This document shows positions 32,250 to 35,034 of a DNA stretch of 35,034 bases, piece by piece. Origin of the DNA: a virus. The notes beneath the pieces were generated by a model. It was not told the origin of the DNA. It saw nothing but the letters and a program-made list of their open reading frames with translations, and searched no databases. The stretch covers positions 1-35,034 of IMG/VR virus record IMGVR_UViG_3300029156_000010; one strand, written 5' to 3'. Each line of letters begins with the position of its first letter. Position 1 is the stretch's first letter. The translations under genes and the position numbers were made by a program.

Positions 32250-32662
32250 CGCTCACCCCCGTTCTTAATCTCCAAAGCGCATAACCTTCTGTCATCACCT
32301 GAAAGCTTTTTGTCCTGCTCATTGTCTTTTGACTGCTGAACGGCCTCCATGGTGGTGAATTTTAGATTTATACTTTCTTTGTATTCTTTCAAAGCTTTAT
32401 CTCTTGGAAGCATCTTCGCATCTACAATGTCACCAATCTTATAAGTGAGTAACAGCCAACCGCCAATAAGAAGATACCTAACAATATCCTTAGCCACTTT
32501 AAAAAGGGTTTCTTGATCGAGTCTAAGAACTCTAGTGGTTCCAGATCCCCGCTTACTAGGTGCCTCTTGTGAGTGCTGACTGACTTCTCTATTCCCAGTA
32601 TTTTCGGAACGATCCAGACCTGTTCTGGGTTTCTTTTTTGAACTTTTTCCTCGATCATCCAT
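32231..32662 (-). CDS. Ambiguous ORF (143 aa) with one TM segment. It may start internally, for example at the ATG at 32413.
   Basis: The frame overlaps 32422..32796 by 240 nt. The region 32231-32421 is open only in this frame. Confidence 0.35.
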   Translation of the reverse strand: MDDRGKSSKKKPRTGLDRSENTGNREVSQHSQEAPSKRGSGTTRVLRLDQETLFKVAKDIVRYLLIGGWLLLTYKIGDIVDAKMLPRDKALKEYKESINLKFTTMEAVQQSKDNEQDKKLSGDDRRLCALEIKNGGERCEPRE

Positions 32663-32796
32663 CCTGGAATACCTTTCTTGGTAGCTTCTTTGACATACCC
32701 AGCGACCATAAGTTCATCTGTAGAATTGATTTCCTGTTCGAAAGTTTCGTCAACTTCCATTTCTTCAAAACTTCCCAATTCAATACCATCATTCAT
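32422..32796 (-). CDS. Acidic protein with a C-terminal TM anchor (124 aa).
   Basis: A strong SD (TAGGAGGACTG-ATG) lies at 32796, right after the upstream stop. The C-terminal hydrophobic segment is ILLGIFLLAVGCYSLI. Confidence 0.6.
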   Translation of the reverse strand: MNDGIELGSFEEMEVDETFEQEINSTDELMVAGYVKEATKKGIPGWMIEEKVQKRNPEQVWIVPKILGIEKSVSTHKRHLVSGDLEPLEFLDSIKKPFLKWLRILLGIFLLAVGCYSLIRLVTL

Positions 32797-32804
32797 CAGT
32801 CCTC

Positions 32805-33122
32805 CTATGGTGCTACCTTTCTGAAACCTTTCCAGTGGCAATTCATGCACCGAATGTAGCGATCAGTGTCTTTAAAAAAATGATTCATGTTGCCTTGGGC
32901 AAATAAACAGGAAAGAGAAACCTCCCAGAGCTTAGCTCGGCAATGTGGGCACTCAATGGGAAGCATGACCATATCAAGAGTGCTTTGTTTTTCGGTTTTT
33001 GTCGGGATATCGACTTTTATTTCAGAAGTTTTTAAACGCGTTTGGTCGAAATCTTCTTGTATTTCGCCTGTAGAAACCTTTTCGTTCCATTCTTTAAGTG
33101 TATGTATTTTACTATATGGCAT
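32805..33122 (-). CDS. Zinc-ribbon protein (105 aa).
   Basis: CPHC ... CMNC cysteine pairs are about 36 aa apart. Confidence 0.6.
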   Translation of the reverse strand: MPYSKIHTLKEWNEKVSTGEIQEDFDQTRLKTSEIKVDIPTKTEKQSTLDMVMLPIECPHCRAKLWEVSLSCLFAQGNMNHFFKDTDRYIRCMNCHWKGFRKVAP

Positions 33123-33155
33123 TGCATGGTCTTTTTGGGTGTTTTCCTGACAAGA

Positions 33156-33389
33156 TTATACTACATCAACCTTTACTTTCTCAAATTTATAATACTCGAA
33201 GCCTCGAATACGAACTTCTTTAACGTCAAATAAGGCTGATAGAGCTTTTTTAATTAACAAAACATTTTCATTATTCAATGTTATGCCAAGTGTTTGACAA
33301 ATGACGCTGTGTACTTTCCCTCTTGGAACTTTCTTTTGATCAGAAAATATAGAGGCTACTTGAATCATTTTTTCAAACTTTTCACTCAT
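33156..33389 (-). CDS. Hypothetical protein (77 aa).
   Basis: It has a TAATG-type overlap with the upstream gene. Confidence 0.55.
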   Translation of the reverse strand: MSEKFEKMIQVASIFSDQKKVPRGKVHSVICQTLGITLNNENVLLIKKALSALFDVKEVRIRGFEYYKFEKVKVDVV

Positions 33390-33973
33390 TATTTACCGCC
33401 CTTAGAAGATTTACTGCCAGAAGCACTCACTTTAGTTGGCAAAGAGTAGTTTAAGTCTTGCGGAAAGTGGCGGTGTCGCCAGTACATAATTTCACCGTCG
33501 TTCTTTAGATACTGCTTTAGATCAGCATCCCGCAAATAATCCTCTGTAATGTCAACCCATATAAGATCAAAGCATTTTAAAACAAACTTTGTTGTGAGGT
33601 TTACGTTGTTGACGTCTCCATTGACAACGGTTTCACCGTTCTTAGGAGGGAACATTGATATCACGCTCGCATCTTTTTCAATGATTGTGATTGATACGTT
33701 TGGGTGGCATATGTAGTCGTTGACCATGCCCATACCATGACCTATCATAAGTACACTTACTTGTGATTCATTTTGAGCAAGTTCCGCCACTTTATCAATT
33801 AACGGCTGGTTAGTGAAATACTCATAGGGTAGATCACTCATTATAATTTCATCACCATCACGAAGGATGTTATACGTCTGACCCACTACTGCATTTTTAA
33901 AATAAGCCCCCCATGAATCAGGATAACTTTGCGGGGTAGTGTTTTTGTAGGATATTTGTATTTTTTCTATCAT
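33389..33973 (-). CDS. Spermidine-synthase-like / class I SAM-dependent methyltransferase-fold protein (194 aa).
   Basis: Five segments are collinear with E. coli SpeE motifs. ILRDGDEIIMSDLPYEYF aligns with LDGvvQttErDEfiYHE. VLMIGHGMGMV aligns with VLIIGGGDG. ITIIEKD aligns with ITMVEID. VVNGDV aligns with VIDDG. FDLIWVDITED aligns with FDVIISDCTDP. Confidence 0.6.
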   Translation of the reverse strand: MIEKIQISYKNTTPQSYPDSWGAYFKNAVVGQTYNILRDGDEIIMSDLPYEYFTNQPLIDKVAELAQNESQVSVLMIGHGMGMVNDYICHPNVSITIIEKDASVISMFPPKNGETVVNGDVNNVNLTTKFVLKCFDLIWVDITEDYLRDADLKQYLKNDGEIMYWRHRHFPQDLNYSLPTKVSASGSKSSKGGK

Positions 33974-35034
33974 TGTGGCATTTTCACTTCCGCATCAATG
34001 GACAAACCTTGTGGAGGTATTCCGCCAGTCAACGTCCCAAACCTTACTTGTAAATAATCGTTTTGTGCGATTGTATTGTTGGTACAAATTAAAGTTAGCG
34101 TGGTTTCAGTTGTAAGTGTACCACTTGCAATGGACACACCTGATTTCCATATTTGTATAGCAATAGAACCACCTCTTGCAAGACCCTGTGTAAAAGTAAC
34201 TTCCACAGATTCAACGCGACCCCCAACCATTGTTCTATGGAAGTTTATGTATTCTGGGTAAACAATGCTTGGGGTTACGTCAACCCCTTCACCAAGTATA
34301 CTTATATTCAAAAACTGGTTTTGGATCTCCACGGCGCCTAAAACAGAGGCCACCGTTCTTTGAGAAATTTCTTTTGTAGTAGGGTTTCTAACAAGCAAAG
34401 ATGGTGCAGTATCGAAAGTTGGTGGGGCTTGCTCAAGTATTACGTCAGGAGCATCCAAAACAAGGTCAAGTCCAGCCCTATAAGTTGCGTTACCCGTGTT
34501 TGACACCATTAATATGTCGCCCGACTCGGTGTAGTAATCTATGTTTCCGCTATCAAGCCCAACCGTAAAAGAGTTTGTAGTAGTTGAGAAAATTTGAAGC
34601 TCACCACCGCCAACAAGTTCCACCTGTCTATTGGGAACTGTGCCATTTGCATTGTAAAGAGTGTCAACCGACCCACCTCCACCGCCGACATTGCCAGGCT
34701 GGATAAGGTAAAATTTACCATTACTGGGGTTTAAGAAAGCTACAACCACATGGTTTCCCGTACCTAAAGGAGTTAAGTCCCCATCAAATAACGCAGCATC
34801 AAAAGTTATATCGTTTGGCGAATCGTTGTTTATATACATGTTGTAGCGTTGACCAGCATTAGACCCCCACCTTGTGTCGGATGCCTGCCATCCAATAACC
34901 AAGCCGCCACTGTGGCCTGAATTTAACGAAAGAATTTTCCCATTCAGCACATCCACGTCAAAAAGATAAGAAGTGTCTGAGTTGCCTACTATATCACCTG
35001 AAAGCACGCGCTCTTGCTTGGTGCCATTGTAGTT
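33970..35034 (-). CDS. Tail fibre protein, C-terminal part of the wrapped gene (same gene as 1..813).
   Basis: The frame is open to the window end. The GTG 'start' at 35007 in the ORF track is internal. A second GGGGG motif (QPGNVGGGGGSVDTLYNANGT) is present, and the C-terminus is beta-rich. Confidence 0.8.
   Translation of the reverse strand, partial: NYNGTKQERVLSGDIVGNSDTSYLFDVDVLNGKILSLNSGHSGGLVIGWQASDTRWGSNAGQRYNMYINNDSPNDITFDAALFDGDLTPLGTGNHVVVAFLNPSNGKFYLIQPGNVGGGGGSVDTLYNANGTVPNRQVELVGGGELQIFSTTTNSFTVGLDSGNIDYYTESGDILMVSNTGNATYRAGLDLVLDAPDVILEQAPPTFDTAPSLLVRNPTTKEISQRTVASVLGAVEIQNQFLNISILGEGVDVTPSIVYPEYINFHRTMVGGRVESVEVTFTQGLARGGSIAIQIWKSGVSIASGTLTTETTLTLICTNNTIAQNDYLQVRFGTLTGGIPPQGLSIDAEVKMPQ
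34936..35034. repeat. Second copy of the 99-bp terminal overlap (same as 1..99).
   Basis: Exact identity with bases 1-99, read directly from the sequence. Confidence 0.95.

Noticed and set aside
32640-32662. A-rich run (GAAAAAGTTCAAAAAAGAAAC in minus sense) as a -1 frameshift site joining 32422..32796 to the 32231..32662 frame.
   Set aside because: The A AAA AAG heptamer is in phase with the downstream frame, not the upstream one. It therefore cannot drive the required shift.
1-35034. Looked for CRISPR arrays, a diversity-generating retroelement (RT plus TR/VR copies of fibre termini), an integrase/attP, tRNAs and IS elements.
   Set aside because: No reverse-transcriptase, recombinase or transposase motifs are present in any ORF. 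There is no repeat-spacer periodicity. No long duplicate of the fibre C-termini was noticed.

Overview
The window is a complete, circularly closed dsDNA tailed-phage genome. Bases 1-99 are identical to 34936-35034, so the unique length is about 34,935 bp, and one tail-fibre gene is split across the window ends. No tape-measure, tail-tube or sheath gene is seen, and the order is portal, scaffold, capsid, adaptor/hub, needle-like fibre, ejection proteins, fibres. This suggests a podovirus-like phage. The host is probably Gram-negative, judging from a spanin-like pair and lipoproteins. There are two divergent transcription units that start from a 680-bp non-coding control region (20007-20686). 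(a) A roughly 25-kb minus-strand late unit runs 20006 -> 1 and wraps to 35034 -> 29973. It carries small genes, TerL, portal, scaffold, major capsid protein, tail/ejection proteins, fibres, a SpeE-like methyltransferase-fold gene, a lysis cassette, a VRR-NUC nuclease and an HNH-like nuclease. (b) A roughly 9.3-kb plus-strand early unit runs 20687 -> 29972. It carries about 11 small ORFs including a lipoprotein, an XRE HTH regulator, an Erf annealase, a YqaJ exonuclease, an AAA+ (MoxR/CobS-like) ATPase with a coupled partner, and a zinc-finger/winged-helix protein. The two units converge with abutting stop codons at 29972/29973. No integrase, DNA polymerase, primase, helicase, tRNA, CRISPR array or reverse transcriptase was recognised. 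The points most worth follow-up are: strand-specific face-to-face terminators in the control region; a VRR-NUC reading frame with no canonical start next to an A6 run; a Peptidase-S74 chaperone domain on a needle-like protein; two GNAT-like genes inside the virion module; the SpeE-like gene after the fibre; a repeated gene-junction cassette among the early ORFs; and the AAA+ two-gene module. All functional calls come from reading motifs by eye. No database search was run.
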